Positions 25,816 through 38,106 of a stretch of 64,000 bases of DNA are shown here, one piece after another (within the stretch, counting starts at the first letter, position 1; the number at the start of each line of letters is the position of its first letter). A program made the position numbers and the translations under genes. Location: contig OZ076414.1 of NCBI GenBank assembly GCA_964187785.1, forward strand, positions 51,708,001 through 51,772,000, given 5' to 3'. Source of the DNA: Amphiscolops sp. MND2022. Its lineage: Eukaryota. The notes below the pieces were generated by a model, which did not search any database, was not told where the DNA came from, and was given only the letters and a program-made list of their open reading frames with translations.

Positions 25816-28800
25816 TGTAACGGCAAGCTATTATTGGTCGCTTAACGCGTTAACAGAGGTGGGGGAACCTGCAGGAATGGGTGAATCGCTCGGGACAGGC
25901 GCCCATCGCCACTGATCCATTTTGCCTCCAGGGGTGAAATACGTCCCGGGGCCGAGGGTGCTTCGACGAATACTGTCCAACCGGTCCTAGTCTTTGATTG
26001 CTAATAGTAACGGGCATATTTCTGACTCTCTAAAGACCACCGCTTAACTAGCATATAAAAACAATGCCAAGAATAAGGTAAATTTCCAGTTCCAGGGTGA
26101 CATGTGAATAAGATCTAAAATTGGGGAATAAGATCTAAACTAGCGCTAACGCTACTGAATACAGCCAAAATTACTGAAAATACATGAAAACAGGCATGAA
26201 TATGGCGAACCACAGAGCTACAAGCTGGGGCGCAGGGGCTCCAAGCACCAAACAAGGATCTTTAGGCGAAAAGACTCATTTTTACGGTTTCCGCTACAAA
26301 GGGTAGCATAATGCTGAAAAGCGATAAAACCGGTGTTAGCACCTCAAAAAGAGTCTATTTTCGGATGTTCTTGCCGTCTCTGGCTTCTCTCATGGCGGCG
26401 CGCCCGTGTTTTTGCTCGTTCTTGCTCTTTGTTGTCGAAGTACCTGCCAATTTCGTGGAAACAGCGAAAAGAGCAATCACATACTCAGTGCCACGTCACA
26501 CATCGGATTAGAATTTTTGACAAAATTTCTGAACATGTCAAAGTTGCAAAATCGGTTGATATTGCTGTACCAGATCTTGCCGTTACATCACTCCCCGGGC
26601 TTTATGCATGACGTCCCTGTCATGCGGAGAGGCTGGCATTGAATACATCGCCAGATCATGAGTGCAATCCACGGGGGTCTCAAACTGGTGATGTTGCAAC
26701 GGTCCAGTGGCACTGTCATCTTTTGCTGATTGGGCAACCATGAGGTCTTGCTTCTTGCCATCCAGAGAACCTGCATCGTCCAGAAACTGTTGAAACAGAG
26801 CTAGCTCGAGAGCTAGAAATTCAGTACTCATAAATGCACCTTGAAATTGATCAAATCCAAGATTCCATACATCAATAAAAAAACACCACTTTTTTAGCAC
26901 GAGTTTTCTGCAAAAGTCTGAATAGGATACTGCTAGCACTTTGGTTTTTGGACGTCTAAAACTTTTTTTACGGAGCGCTCACGCTCCAAAGCGCTCGTGG
27001 TTTTCACCAAAAACATCTTTTCCACGGCAATAAAACTTCAGTTTGCTGCACAGTTAAAAGTTCTTTTCGCTAAAACTTCTTTTCAGTGGAAAAACCACTG
27101 TTTAAAAGGAAAACAAGCTGTTTCGTAGATACTTTTTTTACAGTTCGGCTTGGTTTGGGCAACACGCACTGATGTGCAGCTCCATACCTGTATAGAGTTC
27201 AGTAGCATCTGTCAAGGAGCGCATCAGAAGCAAACTACGAACTGCTCGTAAGAGTAAGCACTGGAGTAAAGCAGACAAAGGTAGATCAAATCTTGCCATT
27301 TGCAGATCAGGAGCGCGCGCGCTCCTTATTTTCCCGGATATCTTGTTGGAATCTGGAGGAAACTTCTGGAAATCTTGGAAAAAAAAACAAAAATAGCACC
27401 TTTCGGGCGTAGCAATACATGTAGAGTTTGTGGGTTATTTATTGCACTGGGGCTCCCCGGGCTTTAATCCTTGAGCACCTTCAATAATATAAAGATAGCA
27501 ATGACTAACAAAAAATGCGAGAGAATGGATTGGGCGTTGAAGACACCCCTCCCCCCTTGAAAAGAAGTGGAGTGGGATTTGGACTGGGTAGACATCACCA
27601 TCCAATAGCAGCAGGACATGCAACAAGCATGAAGCATCAGGAAATCCGATAAAGAAAATTCCGGAGACTGGGTCTATCTCAAGATTGGAATAGTTGTTCG
27701 GAGGACGGCCACACCTATGTCCCTTCGGTCGAAGCGACCATGGTAGAACTTGGCGTGGTGGACGGCCATCATAATGGGACAACAGAACTTTTTGCCATGA
27801 GTGCTCAACGTCTGTGCGCGGTGGTCGACCACGTCTATGACCAGTTGGTCAAGTTTTAGCGAAGCCACCAGGCAACCAATTGATAAAGACTGGCGGGTCC
27901 ACCTGAATAAAATCCCGTAGCCCACCTTTAGCAGAATGTGATTCAAAGGAGTCTTTCAGCAAACTCGGTAGCAACTTCGTAGTTGATATTAGGGATTTTG
28001 TTCCAGTGAAGTGAGAGTTGCTTAAAGAATCCTGCGATAAGGAAATGGAGGATGAGATAGATATTCGCTCATTCTTCGTATCACTTGAGTAGAAGTTGCG
28101 CTCGCGCAACCCATTATCATCGGCGTGATGTTCAGGCAAAGTGTCAGCAATACCCATGGTTGTAGTGTCCAAAGATATTGGGTCCACCACCATGTCTTTT
28201 GTTGGCGGTGTCAATGGTTCTGATTTGACGTCGTTTGAAACATTGATATCGGCATTTCTGAGGTGTGCCTGCACTTCTGCATTTATCGACTGCATTTGTG
28301 CTAGCGCTCGCGCTAGCAGTTTCTCCCTCCGAAACTTCAGATCCTCTAGCTTCGTCGATCGGTCATGTTCACCTACCATATGGGAACCATTTTCCACCTT
28401 CATGACTGGTTCATCGTCAGGCTGGGCTACACTGGTGCCCTTCCCCCCTTGAAAAAGGAACGGAAGGCCTTCCAACGTTTCATTTCAGCTTTAGATGTAT
28501 TCCAGAGTGCGTCGCAGGCACTCAACACTGCTGACTTGAACTGTTCAGGATCAAATTTCGAAGTCCTAGAGGAGTCCATAAATTATGACCCCTGCCGGCA
28601 ATTTTTTTTTGAACCGTGGCATTCGCCTCGTTTGCACCCAAGAAGGTCTACTGGGCCCCTTCCGTTGAAAAATGAAGGCTTTTTGGGTCTGCCTCTTGTA
28701 CAGCGGAAGTATTGACGATTTACAGTGACAGATTTTCTGGTGTTCTTTGGAATTTTGTACAAAACGTGTGTCTGAACAGAATCAAATTCAGTTCTATGAA

Positions 28801-31800
28801 TCGTACTGGGTGGAAAATCACACAGCTTATTTTGTCAGTCACACAAGGTTGAAAAATAACCTACCGCAGCTCATAATTGCCTCCAGCTTCAAGCTAGAGC
28901 CTTTTTCAACGATTTTTGGACTCTTCGACTTTTTTCAAAACTTACTCAAGTGGCTTGTACAAGCGCTGGAAACGTGGTATCGGGCTCAAAAGTGGTCACG
29001 GGATCACACGTACAACCCGCTACACTACAGAAACAATCAGTGAGAGTTCAGACCACTGCGCAAGATTTAGATCCGGTACTGACGTTCCGCATCACCGTGT
29101 CTCGATTGACACGATTTTTCACCTGCAATCAAAGACTCTCGTCCACAGTGCTGAGCTCTCACTTTTTTCAGCAATGGTGCACCAACTGACACTAGTAAGA
29201 ATAGTCCAGGGCAATGTAATCCCAACTTCCCAATAAGGTGCGCCGACAATTCCAAAAAAATGATCCAATTCGTTACAATACACAGGATATCACAACTTCA
29301 AGTAATAAAATGCTATGATCCAGCAAGGCAGCCCACTCGATACTGATCAAATATTACACGCACAGCCATGAACGAACTACTGGGAGTTCAAACTAGGAGT
29401 TTTCACAGTTTTCCAACACGTAGAAATGACTTTTTTCTCACTTTCCCAGTTTTCGTCTCGGTGAGACCTCTAACTGACACAATGAATATGCACGTCCGAG
29501 AAGCGTCGAAATAAGTTCCAAGGGTCGCAGTGTGCTGAAACGTATACAACATTTCAGGATTGATGTACTGACCTAAAAAATGAGTCCAGAATTGGGGTAT
29601 TAGGATCCAGTCACAGGTCAGAGGTTTTCCAGATATTTTTTGGGTTTTTCAGCTTCACTTGAAAAAAACTCCAGAGGCTAGCGCTAACGCTAGAAACGCA
29701 GGATCGACTTCAAAATCAACCACACAAACCCACGTAAATTGAGGTACACGGCAATAATAGCTGATTTGCGCTGAGATGACCAGGTGAAGTTTCAACACAG
29801 TACAGACGTTCGGTATCACTGTGTTCCAAGATGTACTGTTTTTCACGTGTCAACCCAGATTCTGGCGAACTGCAAAGAGCGCTCACGCTCGTTTTTCGGC
29901 AACAATACGATAAACTTGCACTGGTTACGATAGTGGGCAGCAATTTGGCCCGATCTGTGGCAGCAATTTGGCAGCAATTTGGCCACTCTTTGAATAAGGT
30001 GTTCAGGCAATCCCACAAGACTTCGTAGAATTCGCCTTCTTGCGCAACTTCTTGTGCAGTTTGTTTTGTCAATTTTTCAACAGATGCAGTACCAATTGAC
30101 CCCAAACTTGACAGGCGCTGCCAGTGGGCACCAACCACGCTGTTAGAATAGTAAAACAGACGCTGGTAGGCTTGCAGGGGGTCTCCTCAAAGATTTGGCC
30201 CTCTGCTTGTCTCGGTGAGGACTTAAGAAAATTGATGTTTTTTCAACGTCCAAGATTTTTCAAAACACGTTCTAAGGCTCGTAGGCTGTTTAAATTTGCA
30301 CAGCGTTTTCCCACAAGCACATTGGGCTAGAGAATCAATCTGGTTTAGGGCAAAAAGTCTGCAGTCACCCACAGGAAGTATTTCAAAGAATTTTTGGATT
30401 TTCCACAAATCGCACCACAACACTCAAGAGTCTCGTGTTTGCGCTGGAAGCGCCGTATCGAGCCCAAAATTGACCAGCAGATCTTATTTACACGTAGGTT
30501 TACGAAAGTGAACACAGTTTTGAGCTGCGCCCCTTCTACACAGTTTCACCTAGGTATAGACGTGCGGTACAACTATGTACCGAAATACACTGTTTTTCAC
30601 GTCTTTTTCAAGATTGCGGTCCACTGGAAAAAGCGGTCCACTCAAAACCTCTGCAACAACGTAAGAACTAGCACAGGTTACAATGGTGGGCTGCAATATA
30701 GCCCCACCCGTCGTCTAAGGTGCCCGGGTTACTTGGAAAAATTAAGAAAAAACTGCCTTTTTGCGCACCTTTTTGGGTTCCACGTTTTTCCTATTTTCTC
30801 GACAAGTATCACACAGATCGGCACCAAACTTGGTAGTCTATGCCAGTGGGCACTTAAAATGCCACTAATTTGGTCGAATTGAAGCGCGAGCGCTTATTTA
30901 AGTTTTCGACCCGATATGGACGTCACACACGAAAAACACTGTTTTTGACTACTTTTTTCACAAATTGACCAGGAGGATCACCTCTGAAAGCGATACGGCG
31001 AGCAAAATGGGACCAACGTGTTGCCCCACTATCCATAGCACTGGGATAAACCCTCAATTGGTTGTGACCGTTAGGTATAAGGCACTGACAGTCCTGCAGT
31101 TTTGGATTTTTTCGGCTTTTTTCGCTTCTCCGAAGTCGAAACGTCAGAGAGTTTTTCTCAATTTTGGCGTGCGATACGCTCACCAAAGTTTCGGCACTTG
31201 CGCTTATTTTGGTGGTGGTTACGAAAGTGTAACCACTTTTTGGCTAGGGTTCAGGAATCGATGACCCGACCCTAGCTCAGAGACAGTCCGGTTTTGTGCA
31301 AAAATGATCAAATTCAGTGCGTTTTTCCACTTTTCTCAGCACTGAATGGGAGTTTTTACACGCGGTTTTCGTCACCACGCGTTATTTTTAATACAAAAAC
31401 AGAAATTGAGAGCGCGCGGGATCCCAGGTCTCGAAAACACTGAGTGCGCCAGAGGTTTAATGATGTACTCTGGCACTCCTGAAACTGGCCAAAAATCAGG
31501 GTTTTTCGACCTGTTCTCACCATGAAAACGTTACAAACTCTCTTAAATCCTATTTTTGGCACTGTGGAGTGTGTCCCAAACTAACAGCAGCACGGAAGAG
31601 GCAATTACATCACAATCCAGCACTCTCCCAGTGGCATTTCATAGTGATTTTTTTGCCAATTTCGCCAAAAAACGGATTTTTTCATGAAAATGTGTCTCAA
31701 AAAGGACTCCAACGGCCTTTCTGGTTGTCGTTACACTATGTAGCCTAACCCTCAAGGTTTTGGGCTGCGTTCTATTCCTTTTTGCAACTACTGTGGCTAA

Positions 31801-33391
31801 TACTTCGAGCGCTCGCGCTCGTACCAAGAAAAAAACTCAAAAATGCCAAAAGTCACGTTTTTGCGACTTTTGCACCAAAAATCGCACTTTTTTCACTGAA
31901 AACAGTTGCAAAAGCACACACTGAGTTGCAACAAGGAGAAACAAGCCTTGCCAAATGAATCCCCGTCAAAAAAGTGTATTTTCAAAGTTTTCGCCAACCA
32001 TGAGACATTTGAGCGACATTTCTGGTCACAGGGGGTACATATTCACCACGCTTTTTCTCCACATCTAGACCAGATAGAGACACGCGTTTCGGACCATTAG
32101 CTTTGTCTGCTATTGCACTTGCTGTCGACCAAAAACCATACCTCTAGGACGGCTCCACGAGAAAAGGGAGTAGGATGTAGGCAACACACGATTTGACCCC
32201 TCTGCCGCCCCGCTGGCTCGTGGCTAACCATCCACCAGTCACCTTCTTGCATGGCATCAAATGGCTGAAAATAGCTCAAAAAAACCGTTAAACACCCGTA
32301 GCCACGTGCTACGGTCCTCTACACCTGCAAAAAAGATACCCGCTGATGGGAACCTTGCAATTTTAGACGATATCTGTCAACAAGTATCTGTTATCTAAAT
32401 ATACCAAAGGTACTCGGAAAAATCCCCTGAAAGACTAGAAAAACACCAAAATACAACGTCATAACATCTAAAAAAGTTGGAAAAACTCTGGATAAACGTC
32501 TCCTTCCAGAGTTTTATAGTTCTTGGCGTCCAATACCAGGGGGTCAGAAATTTCAAAACCATATAATAGGGCAGTAATCGGAAGCGATCCCTCTGTGGTC
32601 GCCAAAAAATGAGGTCTTATGTAACGGCAAGTTATTATCGGTAATTTAACGCGTTAACAGAGGTGGAGGAACCTGCAGGAAAGGGTGAATCGCTCGGGAC
32701 AGGCGCCCATCGCCACTGATCCATTTTGCCTCCAGGGGTGAAATACGTCCCGGGGCCGCGGGTGCTTCGACGAATACTGTCCAACCGGTCCTAGTCTTTG
32801 ATTGCTAATAGTAACGGGCATCTTTCTGACTCTCTAAAGACCACCGCTTAACTAGCATATAAAAACAATGCCAAGAATAAGGTAAATTTCAAGTTCCAGG
32901 GTGACATGTGAATAAGATCTAAAATTGGGGAATAAGATCTAAACTAGCGCTAACGCTACTGAATACAGCCAAAATCACTGAAAATACATGAAAACAGGCA
33001 TGAATATCGCGAACCACAGAGCTACAAGCTGGGGCGCAGGGGCTCCAAGCACCAAACAAGGATATTTAGGCGAAAAGACTCATTTTTACGGTTTCCGCTA
33101 CATAGGGTAGCATAATGCTGAAAATCGATAAAACCGGTGTTAGCACCTCAAAAAGAGTCTATTTTATGATGTTCTTGCCGTCTCTGGCTTCTCTCATGGC
33201 GGCGCGCCCGTGTTTTGGCTCGTTCTTGCTCTTTGTTGTCGAAGTACCTGCCAATTTCGTGGAAACAGCGAAAAGAGCAATCACATGCTCTGTGCCACGT
33301 CACTTATCGGATTAGAAATTTTGACAATTTTTCCGAACATGTCAAAGTTGCAAAATCGGTTGATATTGCTGTACCAGAGCTTGCCGTTACA
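25816..33391 (-). mobile_element. Non-autonomous (LARD-like) LTR element: two ~772-bp LTRs and a 6-kb internal region without recognisable gag/pol
   Basis: LTRs 25816-26587 and 32620-33391 differ at a few percent of sites and have perfect 12-bp TIRs TGTAACGGCAAG/CTTGCCGTTACA. PPT GGGGAGTGA abuts the 3' LTR (26588-26596). PBS-like TGGCGACCACAGAGGGAT at 32604-32587. Confidence 0.85.
27849..28590 (-). pseudogene. Frameshifted ORF of unknown function inside the LARD-like element
   Basis: MDSSRTSKFDPEQFKSAVLSACDALWNTSKAEMKRWKAFRSFF joins, via a frameshift in a purine run at ~28445, the 208-aa ORF containing a helical segment (LEDLKFRREKLLARALAQMQSINAEVQAHL). Confidence 0.45.
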
Positions 33392-34220
33392 TACCAAATG
33401 CGGACCTCCACTTGTTTTGAGCGATATGGACTAAAACGTCCTAGACAGATGCGCAAGGGTATGGCGCACAGCGTTTAGCAGGAACAATTTTCCAAAATTT
33501 AAAAGGAGTTGAGAGATTGACCTGTAAAGTTGCAGTTCAGTTTACCAAAAACTAAAAAAATACTGAAAAAAGACTTTTCCAATAAAGTGAAACCAAATGT
33601 TGTTGAGACAAGCTGATGTAAAGTGCAAAACACTTCTGCTGTCTTGGGCTATCGAGCTATATAAATTTCCACGCTGTTCCTTTCAAATTGAGCGAGTACT
33701 TCCAAATTTAGAATTTTTGCTGAAATGAAAAACTCATTTTCGATTACGACCCTTGAAGGGCCTTTATCACAATGAAGGATTGGCAACAGAAAGGGTTTTT
33801 ACTTTTTGCGATTGTGAGAAGTATTTCAGTCATGGTTTGCTGCCGAGATTTGACAAGAGTAGTGTGGCTCCTGACAAAAACTGCAAAGGTCTATCATTAG
33901 GCCAAAGTTAGAGTCGTGTTTGCAAATGTGGGAAAAATTGGATCAGTCAGACCTCTTTATTATCTCATTGGAAACGAAGTAAAAAAAACTAGTCATGATT
34001 GAAAGGAGGTGGAACTAAGATCGACAAGTGATGAGAAAACGCACTTCTGATGAACCTTTAACAACGAAGTAAAAAAAACTCCCACCTAACACTTAGTCCG
34101 GCCCCAAAAAAGGAATGATGACAAATTACGAATACCTAAGTGACTGAACTTCCAAAAATGTATCTTTGGATCAAGTGTGTGGCCGACCTCAGGACCGCGT
34201 TTGGGACGAACGGCTGCCAT

Positions 34221-34520
34221 CGCGAGTGAGGAAAGACACCAAGATCTCCGTTGTGGCACCCGTTCTCAAACGCCTAATTGCGCGTGAGGTGGAAGTCTGA
34301 TATCGCCGACAAGATTCATAAATATCAGCAACCCAATTGAAGTGAAGTGGGACTCCGAGACAAACGTTGTGATACCCTGTTGCCGCTACTAGTGAGATGG
34401 GCTTCCGAGACCTTGTGTTGTAACAAACCCGTTCCTGTCATGTGAGAGGTGAGGCTCCGAGACCGTCACTGGATCATTTTTGTTTTTGAATCGCGCGTGA
34501 GGTGGGACTCCGATACAGTC
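34221..34520 (+). repeat. Six degenerate ~20-bp motifs (GTGAGGTGGGACTCCGAGAC) separated by dissimilar ~30-bp spacers
   Basis: Motif starts at ~34226, 34284, 34342, 34392, 34442 and 34497. Confidence 0.75.
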
Positions 34521-35324
34521 GTTGAATTACAATTGTTGTCACACCAAGACCGATAGAGAAGGTTTGCAGCTGGTTTTTTGACCGCTGCAAAGATTTCATT
34601 TATTCCACACCCTATCCTTACAGATAAACAAATCCGCCTTGCTGAAACTACTGTTTATTCAACCTTTGTGCTATAGGCCTTTCAATATCATCCTTAGGTA
34701 GACCAACCCTTGAGAAGAAGTCTCATATTCAATGTTGGAAACAATCAGTGAATTCCTAATCACACATACCACCATCGCCTTCGATCGCGTTTGTTTGTCT
34801 TTTCTTTCCGAGTTGATAAAAATTCATGCAGATACTCAGCCAGTCCTGGTCTAGTGCATGGTAGCTAAGGTTTATTTGAGTTGTTGTGGAGCATATGTTA
34901 ACAAATTGTTAAAGCTATTGAAAACCATTTTGCTTGGCGAAAAATACACTTAGGTTAGCGTTTAAAATCATGACCACAAAAAAAGGTATCATTTCCTTGG
35001 AAATGTTCGTAAAACAAGGGAAATATAAATTGTAATAATAAATACAAGATGCTTGCTAAGCACAGGATAATTTCCGTTGTAGTCAATCCGCGGTAAACAA
35101 GATGCACTGTTTGACTAGAATACGGATAACTCTCGTTTTACGGAAAATATACATTACACTAGATGATAAAATCCACTTTTCCGGCATATGTATCGTAATG
35201 ATGAATTTGATGCGGCGAAAGATTTATCGCTACTGATTGAAAGTTCTATCTTTGTTTCATCATCAAACTTTAAAATTTATATAGTATGCCTTCTGAGTCT
35301 GTTGAGTCTGTATGACGTCACAAG

Positions 35325-35640
35325 GGGTTTCCAACATCCATTCTGCTGCAAAATATCAAAAAAATGAAGGGGGCCCTTTGGAGAAAAAAGTCTTTAAAAA
35401 GTTGCACAATGCCGAAAAAAAGAGAAATGTGGGACACTTTAGTCTGGCCCGGTATTGTATGATACGCGGAAAAACGAAAATTTTTTGGCTCAGTTCCCTG
35501 GACCAACAGGTACAATTTAGGATTTTGTATAACGTTTGGTACAACTATTTTGATCACATCAGACGTATCGAAAAAACACACTGTTGAAAAGCCATGACTA
35601 TAGTCGACTCTTTTGGCAAACAAAGCGCCGACTAAAATTG
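35325..35640. repeat. Dispersed repeat (partner of 23790-24090)
   Basis: Collinear similarity by eye. Confidence 0.75.
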
Positions 35641-35786
35641 AGGGGGTTGGAAAAATCCGACAGGAAACAGGGAGAAAAATAAGTCTGGACTTCATGGCGC
35701 CAACGTAAATTATTTGACATATAATCCGAAAATAGTGTATATCCCAAGTAACTTTAGGTTAAAGTCGTTGCTGAAACAAAGCTTCT

Positions 35787-37524
35787 TGTCGCAGGCTGCC
35801 GCCTGTGACGGTACTTTAATAACGACGACAGCGACAAGCCAGGAGACATTGCCCGGAACTTTGCCTACATTTTGAGCAAGTATATTTTGTATTTCAAAAC
35901 TTACTTTTAGTAACGATATTTGCTCTCAAACCATTACATTTTCCAATACGTTGCAGTTTATATTAGTCTGTTAATATTACGGTTTGGGATAGGCCAAATC
36001 AGTTTGCTGATGTATTTACTGTAGAATAGAATTAAAATGCAAGATTGATTTGATGCAATAACAAACAACAAGCAAGTTAATCGCGAGAAGGAAACGTGTT
36101 CAAGTGCGGAAACGTCCTTTCTCGGCGACGTAACTTGCTGTACATTGTCAGCCAATCATATCATTCCTTTTGAATTATTGGCGCTTTTATTATATAATGG
36201 CCGAATAAGGCCTTTTGACTTAACACAGTGCACGCGCTGCTGGTACTCATGTCAAATGGCCAGTTCCGGCCAATTCATGCATTATAGTATTTTGTTGTCT
36301 AATTAAGCAAGTAATTACTCGAAGCTAACTTTCCATGATTTGAAACTAAATTAAAGCATTTGTAACGCTTTAATGTCTGTACAATCTCAACCTAAAAAGA
36401 TGGACGATTAAGGCCATCTTACCATGTCTCTTTGAAAGTTGTGTATTTTATGATTTTGGGCCTATTCCGGCTCTAACATGAAAGTGCGTTCTCATATATA
36501 TTTGGATTGTATTGAAGCAATATACACGTGATGATGCATTCCATTCTCAATAACTCGTGTCGGCACGTGCCTTCACTACACTCCGCTGTAACGAATGTGA
36601 GCGGAGGCATTTGTTGACGCTTTGATATGATGCCTTAGTTAATAACTGTTTTGATACTTCTGTCTTGATCAAATGACCTTTGAATGCCATTCCCTAAATG
36701 TCCCCCAATAATATGCAGTTGTCGGGACATTCTCTGTGAAGTAATAAATCACATGATCCCATTTTTCTTGACTAGTTATGTGAAGTATGTGATTGTCATC
36801 CCCTCATGAGTATATATACTGATACTCGACCTGAGTGAGACACAATTCATTTGAAACGCTACTAGTGAAGATTGAATTACAAATGGCTTCGCTGTTATTT
36901 TCCGAATTGAATAATTCATTGTTAATTCGGAACTGTTTCTATGCCTACTACTAGAAAACAGAAAAAGGCAAGAAAGTCGAGAGGACTCGAAATGCTGTCA
37001 GATATCGAGAACATAGACATTATGTTAGGTGAAAATCACTTTAATGCAAGAGAGAGAAGGTAGTTTGAACAGTAACTTGCCTAGGAGGTCTAGAAGCTTC
37101 GCAAGCAATGAATCTGAGAATGAAAATGGAAATGTAGGTAGAAATCAGAGAAATGATCACTCTAGAACAAATACCGAATATGATCAAAATTCAGTTACAA
37201 CCAACTCTAGTGCTGAGATTAACAGGTTGTCAGGTGAATTGAGTTCCCGCATTTCACGGGAAATGGACGAGATGATCAATTCTGTGAGTGTTCAGATACA
37301 GAGGGCCATAAGCGACGCGATAAGCACTCAGGTAATTCCTCAAATCCAAAACGTTATTATGGACGGATCGGGACACGGGACCAGAAAAGGAAGGGACGTT
37401 CCGGCTGAGAGACCGGAACTGCCTTCCGAAGTTCAGCGAAACTTAAATGCAAAAAACAACTTAAGAAATGAACAAGATGGGAATCAGTCAGACAATGATT
37501 TCCCTGGTTTAAATGTTCATGACA
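35787..37524 (+). mobile_element. Ty3/gypsy solo LTR (1738 bp)
   Basis: Starts TGTCGCAGGCTGCCGCCTGTGACGG (same start as the LTR at 4554), ends TTCATGACA, perfect TSD CTTCT. Internal gag 5' region (ATG 36941, MPTTRKQKKARKSR..., frameshifted into ORF 37029-37652). Confidence 0.92.
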
Positions 37525-38106
37525 CTTCTGTCCAAAATAACATCGGAACACCTGACTTTTCCTCAAAATATTTCAAGTCGAACGATGCAACTTTCGTAGG
37601 AACTTTACAGGTAAAATTACTTGTGAGAGTTTCGCATTTTTGCAAGAAATAACAATTTTTCAACTACGCTGTTATAAATACCTTCAAATACTATCATGCC
37701 AAGGGAACATGCCGTATATATATATGCCTGTAGTGTCTGTAATATGCTTTTCAGATTTTGGCGATTTTTATTTTAGCCGCACCTACGTTCTTCAGAGTGG
37801 TAATTATCGTTTCAAAATAATCTTGATTCAAAGCAAAGAACATGTTCTTTGTTTTAAACGAGAAGTATTTTGAAATGATAATTACCTTTTGAAAGTACGT
37901 AAATGCATTTGATTACTTTAAATGGTAAATTCAAATTGACGATAAAAATTATTAATAGGTTTCATGAGTACAAAATATCAGATATAAAGACGAAACTTTC
38001 GTTTTTTTTCAAGGAACTTATTTGCTCAGTACCATTTGACAGAAAACTCCAGTCGATTGTGATAGAATGCTTGCGGCTACATAGGCAATACCATTGTTTT
38101 CTATAG

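Noticed and set aside
34221-34520. CRISPR array
   Set aside because: Repeats are too degenerate and short, there are no cas genes, and the context is eukaryotic. Kept only as a repeat-spacer-like motif array.
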